Made by a program: the position numbers and the translations under genes
Source: Deferribacterales bacterium
GTDB taxonomy: Bacteria; Chrysiogenota; Deferribacteres; Deferribacterales; Geovibrionaceae
Length of the DNA: 64,000 nucleotides
Direction of reading: 5' to 3'
Assembly (NCBI GenBank): GCA_050251945.1
Contig: JBFWLW010000004.1
Location: forward strand, 64,001-128,000
Notes under the pieces: model-generated
What the model was told of the DNA's origin: nothing
Seen by the model: only the letters and a program-made list of their open reading frames with translations
The model's database searches: none
Shown here: positions 36,831 through 46,967 of the stretch, in pieces
How positions within the stretch are numbered: position 1 is the first letter of the stretch
Layout: the number at the start of each line of letters is the position of its first letter

Positions 36831-37609
36831 GTGCGGTACAGCTTTTCAACAATGCCGAGTTCGGTCAGGTGCGAATCGTAGACAATGAGGGACAGCCCTA
36901 TTTCGTGGCTGCTGACGTTGCCAAGGTGCTTGGGTATTCAAACCCGAGTGACGCAACACAGAAACATTGCCGGTGTATAGCGAAACACGACATACCCCAC
37001 CCGCAGAATCCTGATAAGGATTTAGAGGTAACCATCATCCCCGAATCAGACGTATACCGTCTTATCATCCGGTCTAAGCTTCCGGCAGCGGAACGGTTTG
37101 AACGGTGGGTTGTTGAAGAGGTGTTACCATCCATTCGCAAGCACGGAGCGTATATGACGCAGGATGTCATAGAAGATGCCCTATTGAACCCTGACACACT
37201 GATCAGACTGGCAACCAACCTGAAGGAAGAGCGGGAGAAACGTCAGGCTCTTGAACAGAAAGTGGAAGCCGATAAAGGAAAGGTAGCCTTTGCCGACAGC
37301 GTTAGCCGGACAGTAGACAACCTGAGCGTGAGGGACTATGCGAAGGTGCTGTGTGATGAAAATATCAACATCGGTGAAAAGCGGCTGTATCACATGCTCC
37401 GGTCGAAGGGGATTCTGGATAAGCAGAATAAGCCGTATCAGCGGTATATCGACAATGGATGGTTTGTTCTGAAACTCTCGACCTACAAGAACTCATCCAC
37501 TGACAACGTGATTGAATATACGCAGTCACGGATAACCGGAAAAGGTCAGATAGCCCTGCGGGAACGAATAGTTCGCTGGCTCGGCGGCGAAGACGCAGAA
37601 AGTTCATAA
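36827..37609 (+). CDS. Second antirepressor, Bro-N + KilA-C
   Basis: IPESDVYRLI..WVVEEVLPSIRKHGAY; ITGKGQ. Confidence 0.9.
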   Translation: MSAVQLFNNAEFGQVRIVDNEGQPYFVAADVAKVLGYSNPSDATQKHCRCIAKHDIPHPQNPDKDLEVTIIPESDVYRLIIRSKLPAAERFERWVVEEVLPSIRKHGAYMTQDVIEDALLNPDTLIRLATNLKEEREKRQALEQKVEADKGKVAFADSVSRTVDNLSVRDYAKVLCDENINIGEKRLYHMLRSKGILDKQNKPYQRYIDNGWFVLKLSTYKNSSTDNVIEYTQSRITGKGQIALRERIVRWLGGEDAESS

Positions 37610-37747
37610 CACGAAGGCGGGGAAACACCCCGCCTCTTTTAATAAAATCAATCAAGATTAATCTTATCGGTCTCTGCGTCCTCTGCGTCCACGCGTTTTT
37701 TAAAAATGTTTTATCTTAGGGGTGTAATAAAACTCCCCGAGGTAGAC

Positions 37748-38224
37748 ATGAAAAAAGAGACCAAAAAGATTTTCACAATTGAAGATGATGCGGTACAGAT
37801 GAAAGATACCGCTATCTTCATTCCCATTCATCCCGTCCACGGGAAAATAGAATCACTTTCAATCACATTCAAAAGTCCGGCAAGTGCCGAGTTTAAGAGC
37901 TATGTCCGCAACAAACAGCTTGAGCTTATTGAGAAAATGACCTTTGACGAAGGAAAGGCAAACAGCGAAGAGGAAACAGACAAGGCAAAAAAAGCAAAAA
38001 TTGCAGAAAACATAGATAACGGAAAAAAAGAAGACATAGCCACGCTGGCAAGCATGGTTGTCTCGTGGGGCGAAGGCTATGTTCAGGACGGCAAAGCCCT
38101 TGAACCCACAAAAGAGAACTGCATGGCTGTGTTCTCCAATCCTAAACTGGACTGGATGTTCGACCAGGCTTTTATGTGGTTCAACAAGAGTGCTAATTTT
38201 TTTACCGAGGACAGCAACGGCTAG
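37748..38224 (+). CDS. Tail assembly chaperone (G-like)
   Basis: Before the tape measure gene; ends ANFF at a T7 slippery site. Confidence 0.75.
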   Translation: MKKETKKIFTIEDDAVQMKDTAIFIPIHPVHGKIESLSITFKSPASAEFKSYVRNKQLELIEKMTFDEGKANSEEETDKAKKAKIAENIDNGKKEDIATLASMVVSWGEGYVQDGKALEPTKENCMAVFSNPKLDWMFDQAFMWFNKSANFFTEDSNG

Positions 38225-38718
38225 AGCAGCGGATATTAATATGTGTCAGGCATATTGCATGGCTGAACGCTGTCCCGGAAGACGATAAAGAGAAGCGAAC
38301 ACGCTACGAGCTGCTGAAAAGAGAGAAGGAACACTTTGAGCAGGACGGCAATCAACCGGAACTTTTAAAGTGTATCCGTCTGCTCATGGAAACACCGAAT
38401 ATACCGGATTCCATGCAAATTTACATGGAATATATGAATGAACTGGGTTTTTTCATTGAAAATGGGTTCGGGATAAGCCCTTTGCCATATGCGGAAATAA
38501 AAGCATGGGCAGAGTTGCAGGAAATAAGCCTGACACCGTTTGAATCAAGACTTCTCAGGCGTATTTCCCATGCATATGTGAGCCAATACAATTCAAGCTC
38601 CAAGCCCGGTTCCGAAAGCCCATACAAGGTTGAGGAACAACGCAAAAGAAAAGATATTTCGGCACAGATTATCCAGACTGAGGGTTTGAAAAATAAAGGA
38701 AAAAAGGGGGAGGAATGA
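38197..38718 (+). CDS. Tail assembly chaperone T-part, expressed by -1 frameshift
   Basis: -1 frame open from T TTT TTT (38197-38203) to TGA at 38718. Confidence 0.72.
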   Translation, partial: FFYRGQQRLEQRILICVRHIAWLNAVPEDDKEKRTRYELLKREKEHFEQDGNQPELLKCIRLLMETPNIPDSMQIYMEYMNELGFFIENGFGISPLPYAEIKAWAELQEISLTPFESRLLRRISHAYVSQYNSSSKPGSESPYKVEEQRKRKDISAQIIQTEGLKNKGKKGEE

Positions 38719-41700
38719 TTGATTTAGCCACGCTGGGCATAAAGATTGACCTTACCTCTCTCAATGACTTTGTAAAAGCATCAGAATCAGCCATCAAGAG
38801 CGCGAATAGCCTTGAAGCGGCTGTCGGCAAGATAGCTCTTAAATCTATGAGTTCCGGCTCTAATGGCGGTTTAAGCGAGACTGCGAAAGCGGCGAAGGAA
38901 GCCGAAAACGCTGTCAGAGAATACCAGAAAACGATGGAGAAGTCCCAAGCTCTCGCATCCAAAACAAATCTCGGAACAAGTTTCAATGAACAGAAAGAGG
39001 CAATACGCCAAGCGGCAGATGAGGCTAAATCATACAGCAGGATTGTTGAAGATTCTCAGAATAGAGCCATAAAGACCAACCTGCGCGTCAGTTTCAACGA
39101 ACAGAAAGAGGCAATAAGAGAGACTGCGCAGGAAGCAAAGAAGTATGGACTATCTTTGCAGTCATTAAATCGTCAACGAAGCTCCGCGCTTATAAGCGAA
39201 TTTAAGCAACAGGCGGTTGTTACAAGACAGGCGCAAAACGTAATAGACAGATATGCCGGAAGTGTCCGCACTCTGGACGGAATACAGGAACATTACAGAC
39301 TTGAACTTGAAAGAGTTCGCCAAGCCTACGCGCTGGCAGGTGGTTCAGCGGAAAGGCTTCAGCTTGCCGAACGAAATCTGGGCGATATTCGCGACCAGCA
39401 GATTGCCAGATGGAAAGCATACAATTCACAGATAACCGGAACTGGCGAAGCGGCACAATTCAGCCGTCACCACCTTATCAACCTTGGTTATCAGCTACAG
39501 GATATTATTGTTGGTTTTACGAGTGGTCAAAGACCGATGACAATCTTTATCCAGCAGGGTGCGCAGGTGGCGGGCATCGCCTCCAATGCTGGGGTTGGAA
39601 TAAAAGGGCTTGCCGCCGCAATGGGAACGCTGGCTCTTTCTGCGGCAAGAGCCAGCGTTGTAATGATGGCAAATCCTTATTTTTTAGCCATAACGACAGT
39701 TGTTGGTGGAGCTACTCTTGCAGTTTCAGCATTTAAAAAAGAATTAAATGATTCTGGAGGTTTTGATTCTTATGTCAATTCTTTAGGATTGTCTATTGAA
39801 CAAATAAATTCTTTTGAAACGGAAATAGAAAAAGCTGGAGGTGTAGGCGTCTCTTTCCGTGATATTATGGGTACATTGTTTGATGAATTAGATTTTACTG
39901 AAGCCAAAAAAGAGTTTGCAGAATTTGGGGTATTTGTTCTTCAAGAAGGTATTAATACATATGTATCATATAAAGCTATTGGCAAGGCAGTCCAGACATA
40001 TTCAAACAGAACATATTTTAACCTTATAGCCAATATGTTCGGTAAAAAAGATCAAATTAAAGATGCCGGCAATGAAGCTACTATGGCGATGTTCGCAGAA
40101 GAACAAAAAATATATGAAAATATAGATAAATTTAAAAAAGAGGTTCAGGAGAGAACAAAAGCAAGATATGATTTAATTTTAACTCCAATAGTTGAATCTA
40201 ATTCTGAAAGACTTACCAACAAAAGCCTGTCTCAAGCTGAACAATATTATAAACAATATCAAGATACTCTTACTGCGATAAGAGCTGAAGCTAAGGTGCA
40301 TAATTTAGGCATATCCTTTCTTCGTGCAAAAGAAGTTGCGGCTTATGATAAATATACTGAACAAATGTCTAAATTGCATGATAAAGAAAGAAGAGATGCG
40401 GAAAGAGCCAATGCGCCATATGAAAGGCGAGCCGACACTATCCGCACATATATTGCCGCTCTCAACATGGAAATCAGCAGAACCGGTATTCTTACAGAAG
40501 AGAGAGAAAGGCTTCAGAAGATAGACCAGCTTGATACGCAGCTCACCAGAAAAGATGAAAAGTTTAAACTCACGGAGAAAGAACGCGAAAGCATCAATGC
40601 TTTACTGCTTCAGCAGCAGCAGGCGGCAAAAATCCAGAAAGAGGTTGACGACCTTTATAATAATTCTTCATCAAAAGCTATTGAAAACTATTATACAAAA
40701 ACTCAATCCGCAAACATAGCTCTCGAAAAAGGGTTTATTACTCAAGAAACATGGGCTGCAATACTCGGTCGCGAGGGAGAAGCATTAAAGAGCGCGACTG
40801 ATAAAGTCTACGCTTATAAAAAAGCACTTGATGAAACGGTCCGTATCTATGACATGTTTGGCGATGATTTGGCGGTTGCAAAAGCTTTAACACCGGAAGT
40901 TAAAGCTGGCATGACAGATGAACAAATCAAAAAAGCTGAACAATATATCAGAACAACAGAAAGCATGGGACGTGTGAATGCTGAACTTGGGAAGATATGG
41001 GAAGAAACAACCGGAAAGGGAGCCGCTTTTGAGGCAAGGATAGAAGCCATTAAGAAAAAGATGGCTGATACTTCTATAACTCTCGAATATTATAATTCGC
41101 TTGAACAGGCAATAAACTCTGAAAAAAACCAAAATAAATTCACTCTTGCCGGAGCAGGGTCAGTATATTCAGAAACACAAGGCAAGATAGATAGCATAGT
41201 CCAGTCTCAGATAGATTGGAATAACGCCTCGAAGGCAGGTCTTGTCACTGCTGATCAATATTTATCTAAAGCTCGCGAACTGTACGCTCAGGAGCTTCAA
41301 CTTGCCGCCCTTCGCGGTGAAAACCTTGACGGGTCGGCAATGACCTATTGGGGTGCTTTCAGCAGCGGTCTTGACCTTTATGCCGCGAACTACGAAGGAA
41401 CGTTTTCCCGTCTTCAAGCAATCGGTCAAAACTTCTTTAATAGCCTCTCTTCCGGTGCTGGCGATGCTTTCTCAAGCATGATAATTGATGGCAATAGCTT
41501 TGGGGATGCAATACAGGAATTAAACAGAACTGTGCTGAGAACTCTTATAAGCTCTCTTGTGCAGGCGGCTATTCAGGCGGCTATCTTTAGGGCTGTTCTG
41601 ACAGGCTCATCTATGGTGGCTATACCGTCGATCTCAAATACTTCAACTGCCACTACGTGGGGAAGTGGCGGGGTTGGTTTTGCTGCCGCAGGCGGGTATA

Positions 41701-42095
41701 TTTCCGGCGCAGGGACAGGCACATCTGATAGCATCCCAATGAGACTTTCTAACGGTGAATTTGTTACAAACGCCCGTGCAACCTCAGAATACCGCCCCTT
41801 GCTTGAAGCAATAAACAGCGGACGCAAGATAACGCCCGCTGACATACCAACCCCGTCAAATCAATCATCCATGGTTGGTAATACCTCTGCCGGTTCGCTT
41901 TCTACGGCTTCTCCGACAATCATAGTCCAATCACCCATAACAGTCAGCGGCAATGGCGATAGGCAGTTAGCCGCCATGCTTGAGCAGACCGCGCGGACAG
42001 CCGCACAGCAAGGCGCACAGATGGGCTACCAGATGGTCTATAAAGACGCAAAAGATAATGGCAGTATCGCTAAAAAAATAAAGGGTAAGGCTTAA
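38715..42095 (+). CDS. Tape measure protein
   Basis: 1126 aa helical; NLGYQLQD..QQGAQ motif; GTGTSDSIP..LSNGEFV. Confidence 0.93.
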   Translation: MIDLATLGIKIDLTSLNDFVKASESAIKSANSLEAAVGKIALKSMSSGSNGGLSETAKAAKEAENAVREYQKTMEKSQALASKTNLGTSFNEQKEAIRQAADEAKSYSRIVEDSQNRAIKTNLRVSFNEQKEAIRETAQEAKKYGLSLQSLNRQRSSALISEFKQQAVVTRQAQNVIDRYAGSVRTLDGIQEHYRLELERVRQAYALAGGSAERLQLAERNLGDIRDQQIARWKAYNSQITGTGEAAQFSRHHLINLGYQLQDIIVGFTSGQRPMTIFIQQGAQVAGIASNAGVGIKGLAAAMGTLALSAARASVVMMANPYFLAITTVVGGATLAVSAFKKELNDSGGFDSYVNSLGLSIEQINSFETEIEKAGGVGVSFRDIMGTLFDELDFTEAKKEFAEFGVFVLQEGINTYVSYKAIGKAVQTYSNRTYFNLIANMFGKKDQIKDAGNEATMAMFAEEQKIYENIDKFKKEVQERTKARYDLILTPIVESNSERLTNKSLSQAEQYYKQYQDTLTAIRAEAKVHNLGISFLRAKEVAAYDKYTEQMSKLHDKERRDAERANAPYERRADTIRTYIAALNMEISRTGILTEERERLQKIDQLDTQLTRKDEKFKLTEKERESINALLLQQQQAAKIQKEVDDLYNNSSSKAIENYYTKTQSANIALEKGFITQETWAAILGREGEALKSATDKVYAYKKALDETVRIYDMFGDDLAVAKALTPEVKAGMTDEQIKKAEQYIRTTESMGRVNAELGKIWEETTGKGAAFEARIEAIKKKMADTSITLEYYNSLEQAINSEKNQNKFTLAGAGSVYSETQGKIDSIVQSQIDWNNASKAGLVTADQYLSKARELYAQELQLAALRGENLDGSAMTYWGAFSSGLDLYAANYEGTFSRLQAIGQNFFNSLSSGAGDAFSSMIIDGNSFGDAIQELNRTVLRTLISSLVQAAIQAAIFRAVLTGSSMVAIPSISNTSTATTWGSGGVGFAAAGGYISGAGTGTSDSIPMRLSNGEFVTNARATSEYRPLLEAINSGRKITPADIPTPSNQSSMVGNTSAGSLSTASPTIIVQSPITVSGNGDRQLAAMLEQTARTAAQQGAQMGYQMVYKDAKDNGSIAKKIKGKA

Positions 42096-42096
42096 T

Positions 42097-42681
42097 ATGT
42101 CGGCTATTGAGTGGACCGCGAGAAAACCAGAGACGCAGGTGTTCACGCCCAATGATGGCAACCGTATCTTCGGTGCTGATTCAGGTTCTCAGACTGTGCT
42201 TGAATACAGCCGTGCATACTGGACAGCAACATTGAGCTATGGCAGTTCTTTAAGTCTACAAGAAGAACGCGCCTTAACATCTATGCTTGGAAAACTTCGC
42301 GGAAGATTCGGAACTATAAAAGTCCCATGCTGGACACGATTTAGAGACGACGATGTAGGCTCAATAACAACCTTGGTAGCGAATAAAGATTCTTTCACCA
42401 TGACGGTTTCAGCTCCCTCCGTATTGTCGCAAAAGATATTTAGCGCAGGGGATTATATCGCCTTCGCAGGTGAGCTTATAGAGGTTCTTGACGATGTTGT
42501 CACGAATGCGGATGGTGTCGGCTCTGTAACCATGCACCGCAGGCTTAGAGCGACGTATTCTTCTGGTACAGCCATAGAATATAAAGAACCTTACTGTGTT
42601 ATGAGGTTAACGGATGTTTACAGTCTCAACCGTGAAAACATAGTCAGCGGAACCAGTCTTTCTTTAATGGAGGCGTTTTGA
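42097..42681 (+). CDS. Distal tail protein-like
   Basis: Position after TMP; W.ATLSY..LRGR. Confidence 0.65.
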   Translation: MSAIEWTARKPETQVFTPNDGNRIFGADSGSQTVLEYSRAYWTATLSYGSSLSLQEERALTSMLGKLRGRFGTIKVPCWTRFRDDDVGSITTLVANKDSFTMTVSAPSVLSQKIFSAGDYIAFAGELIEVLDDVVTNADGVGSVTMHRRLRATYSSGTAIEYKEPYCVMRLTDVYSLNRENIVSGTSLSLMEAF

Positions 42682-43274
42682 TGATAATAGCCCCATACAG
42701 CAATGAATCTCTTGCGATTATCAGTACGGGTAAGTTTAAGGCGTTTTACGCTGCCCGTTTGGATTTTAAAGACGGCGTAACCCGTATCCATACAGACACC
42801 GGAGATATTGTAATCAATGGAGAGACATATAACGGCATCGGGAATTTTGGCAGTGTTGCGGATACTTCGGAAAGCGTTGATTCTAAATCGGCATTGAGTG
42901 TTGAGTTAACCCTTTCGGGGCTTAACGCAGACATAATCAACGAGGCAAACGTTAAGGGTTGCCGAGGCAGAGAAGGCAAATTATTCCTCGTTGTTGTAGA
43001 TGAAAACGGAAATTATGCCGCTGATATAATCATGAGCGGACGTATGGATGCCGCACAAACCAAACTTGGCAAAGACGATTCCGAAAACTCCATTGTTATC
43101 CCTCTTGTTGACAGAATGGCAGAGTGGGAAAACGCAGGAACTAAACGAGTTACCGACGAAAGCCAACAGGCACGAAATAACGGCGACAGAATATTTTATG
43201 CTGTCGGGCAGATGGCTTCATGGCCAATATATTGGGGACAGAAAAAAGACGCTCAGAGTTTTACATATGAATAG
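42678..43274 (+). CDS. Tail tip/hub protein
   Basis: GETYNGIG..LTLSG..TDESQQAR. Confidence 0.65.
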   Translation: MMIIAPYSNESLAIISTGKFKAFYAARLDFKDGVTRIHTDTGDIVINGETYNGIGNFGSVADTSESVDSKSALSVELTLSGLNADIINEANVKGCRGREGKLFLVVVDENGNYAADIIMSGRMDAAQTKLGKDDSENSIVIPLVDRMAEWENAGTKRVTDESQQARNNGDRIFYAVGQMASWPIYWGQKKDAQSFTYE

Positions 43275-43677
43275 AAATCCTGATTGGGCAAAACAACTGC
43301 CCGATAAAATAAAAGACTATATGAACAAGCCATTTCAATGGGGAACAGCGGACTGCTGTGTGTTTATTTGCGATTGCGTTATCGCCACAACAGGGATTGA
43401 CCCTATGGAGCAACACAGGGGGCGGTACAAAACAGCGATCGGTGCGGCTAAGGCTCAAAAAAACTACGGAAGTATAGAAGAAAGCCTTGATAGGTATTTT
43501 GATAGAATAATGCCAAAAATGGTTCAGAGGGGCGACGTATGCACCCATAAGCTTGAGGATGGAACAATCTCTGTGGCTGTCTTTTGGGCAGGCGGCTGGT
43601 GGTGCATGACAGACGAAGGATGCAGGAAGGTGTCCTTGGAACCCATATATACATGGAAGGTCGAAAATGGGAAGTAA
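43267..43677 (+). CDS. NlpC/P60-like tail-tip protein (DUF6950-like)
   Basis: PFQWGTADCC..RGRY..RGD. Confidence 0.7.
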   Translation: MNRNPDWAKQLPDKIKDYMNKPFQWGTADCCVFICDCVIATTGIDPMEQHRGRYKTAIGAAKAQKNYGSIEESLDRYFDRIMPKMVQRGDVCTHKLEDGTISVAVFWAGGWWCMTDEGCRKVSLEPIYTWKVENGK

Positions 43678-46600
43678 GGTTATTGGTGGAATTCAGACAG
43701 CCGCAACAGGAGCTATTCTGGTAGCTTCTCTTATGACTAACCCCGCGGGCTGGGCTATTGCAGCTGGGGCAATAGTCGGTTTCGGCGTAGGTTATCTGAC
43801 AACCAAGAACACATCTCTCAGCCTAGATACATCCCCATCTTCTCAAACAGTCAGAGGCTCTAAAGAACCTGCAAGGTATGCCTTCGGGCGATTCTCTACG
43901 GGCGGTATTCTATTTTTCTGTCAGGAACAATCAGGCGAGCAAGATACAAACGAATGGCTTCACTTGGCGTTTTATATATCAGAAGGTGCTATTACCTCTA
44001 TTGATGAAATATATCTGGATGAAGTTAATATAAATACTTACATAGTATCAAATATTCCAACTTTTGATGTGAATGAAGCAAGCATATCAGAAGGCACGCA
44101 GCGCGTATATAAAGGCAGAGTATATACGGCTTTGCAGAACATGACCGCTCCGCTCCCTATCCCATACACAATCGCGGGATATGATTATTGGGAAAGAGGC
44201 GGCAAAGTTGATGATCTTAACAAGGCTTCGTATGAAGTTCATATAAACAGGACAACTTGCGACCCCTTTATGCTTGAAAACTGCTCGGACTGGCACGACA
44301 GTATGATTGGCAGAAATATTTCATGGGTTCGAGTTTCTATAAAATATTGCGATGAAATATCAAGCCTGCCCACTTTTCGCTTTGTTGGCAAAGGGCTTGC
44401 CGTATATGACCCCAGAACAGACACGACTGAATATTCTGAAAACCCTTCCTTAATCGGAAGACATTATCTGAAAGAAATTCTTAAAACTCCTGATGATGAA
44501 ATCATAGACGAATACTTTATTGAAAGTGCAAATATTTCTGATGAAACCGTCGTTAATGCAGACGGAAGCGCCAGTAAACGTTATGTAATGGGCGGGATTA
44601 TTGGCGATAATGAACGCCGCGCAGACATTATGGGCAAAATTGAAGATTCTTGTGCCGGACATTTTATTCGATTAGGAGGGCGTTGGGGCTTTATAGCGGG
44701 AGCCTACTATGGTCCATATGACTTAACCATCACAGCAGACGATTTTCTCGGAGAAATATCTTTTCAGACCGAGGTGAACAACTCGGATGCTATTAACACC
44801 GTGACAGGAACATTTGTTGATCCTGATTCTTCATGGGAAGAGACCGATTATCCTCAGGCTCAAAATACAGAATGGGCAGATGAGGACGGAACCGAGCTGA
44901 CCGAAGACCTGAACCTGAGTTATGTCAATAATGTTTATCAGGCACAACGTCTTGCGTGGATTAATCTCAAGCAGAGACGTGCGGCATCTGTTGTCAATAT
45001 GAATCTTAATTTTATGGGATATGCCTGCCGTCCCGGAAGGATTGTCAGAATATATCTGCCAAAGCTCAATATTGACGGTGAATTCATCGTTACAAATTGG
45101 TCGATGGGGCTTGAAAACGCATGTCAGGTGGCGTTCCAGTCCTATGACGCGGACATATTCGATGATGCAGTGGGGGAAGCATATGACCCTCTGGGATTTG
45201 TATCTTTGCCAACAGGCGGCCTGGTTGCTCCTTCTGATCTTGCATGGACAGCCTTATTGGAATCTGTCGTTGCGCAAGGTTATTTGTCATGGACACCTCC
45301 GACAGATACGGTTGATTATTATTCGATAACGATCAGAAACACTGATGAAGAAGTGGTTCAGACATATCAGGTCGTTGGAGATACTTCTATCTGTAATGTG
45401 AGCGGCTTAACGGCAGGCACTTACATTATGTCTGTTGCCGCTGTTTCGGGAATTAAGAAATCTGGAGAAACAACCATACTTTCGGACATAAATGTTCCAG
45501 CGACGCCGCAAATTGTAACATATACAAATACTATTGATTCAATAACCATTATACCGTCAAATCCGACAACAAGTATAAACGGCGGGACATATGAATATTG
45601 GTTTTCAATCTCCACTGTAACTAATCCTCTCACTGAGGCTACAAAGCTGGGGCAAGGTTTATCTTTTACAAAACAGAACCTTGCATTCAATACCACATAT
45701 CACTTCTATATCCGCTCGGTTAATGCGTATGGATACAGCGGATTTTATCATCTTGAGGCATCGACCAGTAACGATGTGTCGGCTCTCCTCTCTGCATTAA
45801 CGAATCAAATCACATCCTCTCAGTTGGCTGAGGATTTGCAATCGGCAATAGAGGACTTGCCTAATATAGTGAACGATATTACAGATTTGCAGGGGGATGT
45901 TACGGGCTTAGAAGATAATGTGAACACTCTGCAAGGAATAATAGACGAACTACTCGGCGCACCGGAATATGATGTAAACGAAACATCTATTGATGCTGGA
46001 GAAATACGCACATATGAAGGACATCTGTATCGTGCTGATGTAAATATGACAAGCCCTATCCCTGTACCGACAGACACGGGATATTGGACAGATTTAGGCG
46101 AGTTTACAAGTATTCAGGAACAGTTGGATGAAGTATCCAGCCAGATAGTTACACTTACGGGTATCGTTGATGGTACTGCTCGTAAGACATATGCCCTAAA
46201 TTCTCAATACAGACGTGACGATGGCAGTACCGAACTGGAAACACTTATTGCGAATCTTCGATCTGACGCTCGTTTCGTTGAAGAGGTTCAAGTCAGAGCC
46301 GATGCTGATGAAGCCCTCGCACAAAGGCTGACAACTGCTGAGGCTAGTGTGGATAGCCTCGGTTCTTCTTTGACTGAACTTGAACAGGTAGTAGCAGATA
46401 ATCAATCATCCACCGCCACGGCATTGACAGCTTTGGAATCACAAATAGACACTGCTGAGGGTAATATTGCTGCCAATGCCGGAGCAATAAACAATTTACA
46501 GACGCATGTGAGTAACATAGACGATGAACTCGAATCCACCGCCACGGCATTGACAGCTTTGGAATCAACAGTAATCGACCCCGATACTGGCTTGTCGTCA

Positions 46601-46966
46601 AAAGCCTCTGCACAAGACTTGACAGAAGTATCAACTACTCTTGATTCCGTTCAGGCGCAAAGAACGCTTAAAGTTGCGACACAAGATAGTGAAGGAAGAT
46701 ATGTTCTCGCTGGTATAGCCTTGAGCGCAGACGGAACAGTTTCTCAAAGCAAGATATACATGCTTGCAGATGAAATAGTCCTTTTGAACGAAGAAGATGG
46801 GACAGCCACTACACCATTTATTGTGTCTGGCGGCAATGTTTATATAAACTCAGCGTTTATTAACCAATTAACTGCTTCCACAATAACAGCGACCTCGCTA
46901 ATCCGCTCTTCTGATGGAAAAATGGTTTTAGACTTCACCAATAAAACCATAACAATAACGGTGTAA
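43667..46966 (+). CDS. Central tail fiber/host specificity protein J-like
   Basis: Phage-tail_3-like region, FnIII repeats, coiled coil, DUF1983-like PFIVSGGNVYINSAFI. Confidence 0.88.
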   Translation: MGSKVIGGIQTAATGAILVASLMTNPAGWAIAAGAIVGFGVGYLTTKNTSLSLDTSPSSQTVRGSKEPARYAFGRFSTGGILFFCQEQSGEQDTNEWLHLAFYISEGAITSIDEIYLDEVNINTYIVSNIPTFDVNEASISEGTQRVYKGRVYTALQNMTAPLPIPYTIAGYDYWERGGKVDDLNKASYEVHINRTTCDPFMLENCSDWHDSMIGRNISWVRVSIKYCDEISSLPTFRFVGKGLAVYDPRTDTTEYSENPSLIGRHYLKEILKTPDDEIIDEYFIESANISDETVVNADGSASKRYVMGGIIGDNERRADIMGKIEDSCAGHFIRLGGRWGFIAGAYYGPYDLTITADDFLGEISFQTEVNNSDAINTVTGTFVDPDSSWEETDYPQAQNTEWADEDGTELTEDLNLSYVNNVYQAQRLAWINLKQRRAASVVNMNLNFMGYACRPGRIVRIYLPKLNIDGEFIVTNWSMGLENACQVAFQSYDADIFDDAVGEAYDPLGFVSLPTGGLVAPSDLAWTALLESVVAQGYLSWTPPTDTVDYYSITIRNTDEEVVQTYQVVGDTSICNVSGLTAGTYIMSVAAVSGIKKSGETTILSDINVPATPQIVTYTNTIDSITIIPSNPTTSINGGTYEYWFSISTVTNPLTEATKLGQGLSFTKQNLAFNTTYHFYIRSVNAYGYSGFYHLEASTSNDVSALLSALTNQITSSQLAEDLQSAIEDLPNIVNDITDLQGDVTGLEDNVNTLQGIIDELLGAPEYDVNETSIDAGEIRTYEGHLYRADVNMTSPIPVPTDTGYWTDLGEFTSIQEQLDEVSSQIVTLTGIVDGTARKTYALNSQYRRDDGSTELETLIANLRSDARFVEEVQVRADADEALAQRLTTAEASVDSLGSSLTELEQVVADNQSSTATALTALESQIDTAEGNIAANAGAINNLQTHVSNIDDELESTATALTALESTVIDPDTGLSSKASAQDLTEVSTTLDSVQAQRTLKVATQDSEGRYVLAGIALSADGTVSQSKIYMLADEIVLLNEEDGTATTPFIVSGGNVYINSAFINQLTASTITATSLIRSSDGKMVLDFTNKTITITV

Positions 46967-46967
46967 T

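Noticed and set aside
39680..40400. AT-rich segment within the tape measure gene
   Set aside because: Frame is intact; ordinary mosaicism, no intron or intein signature seen
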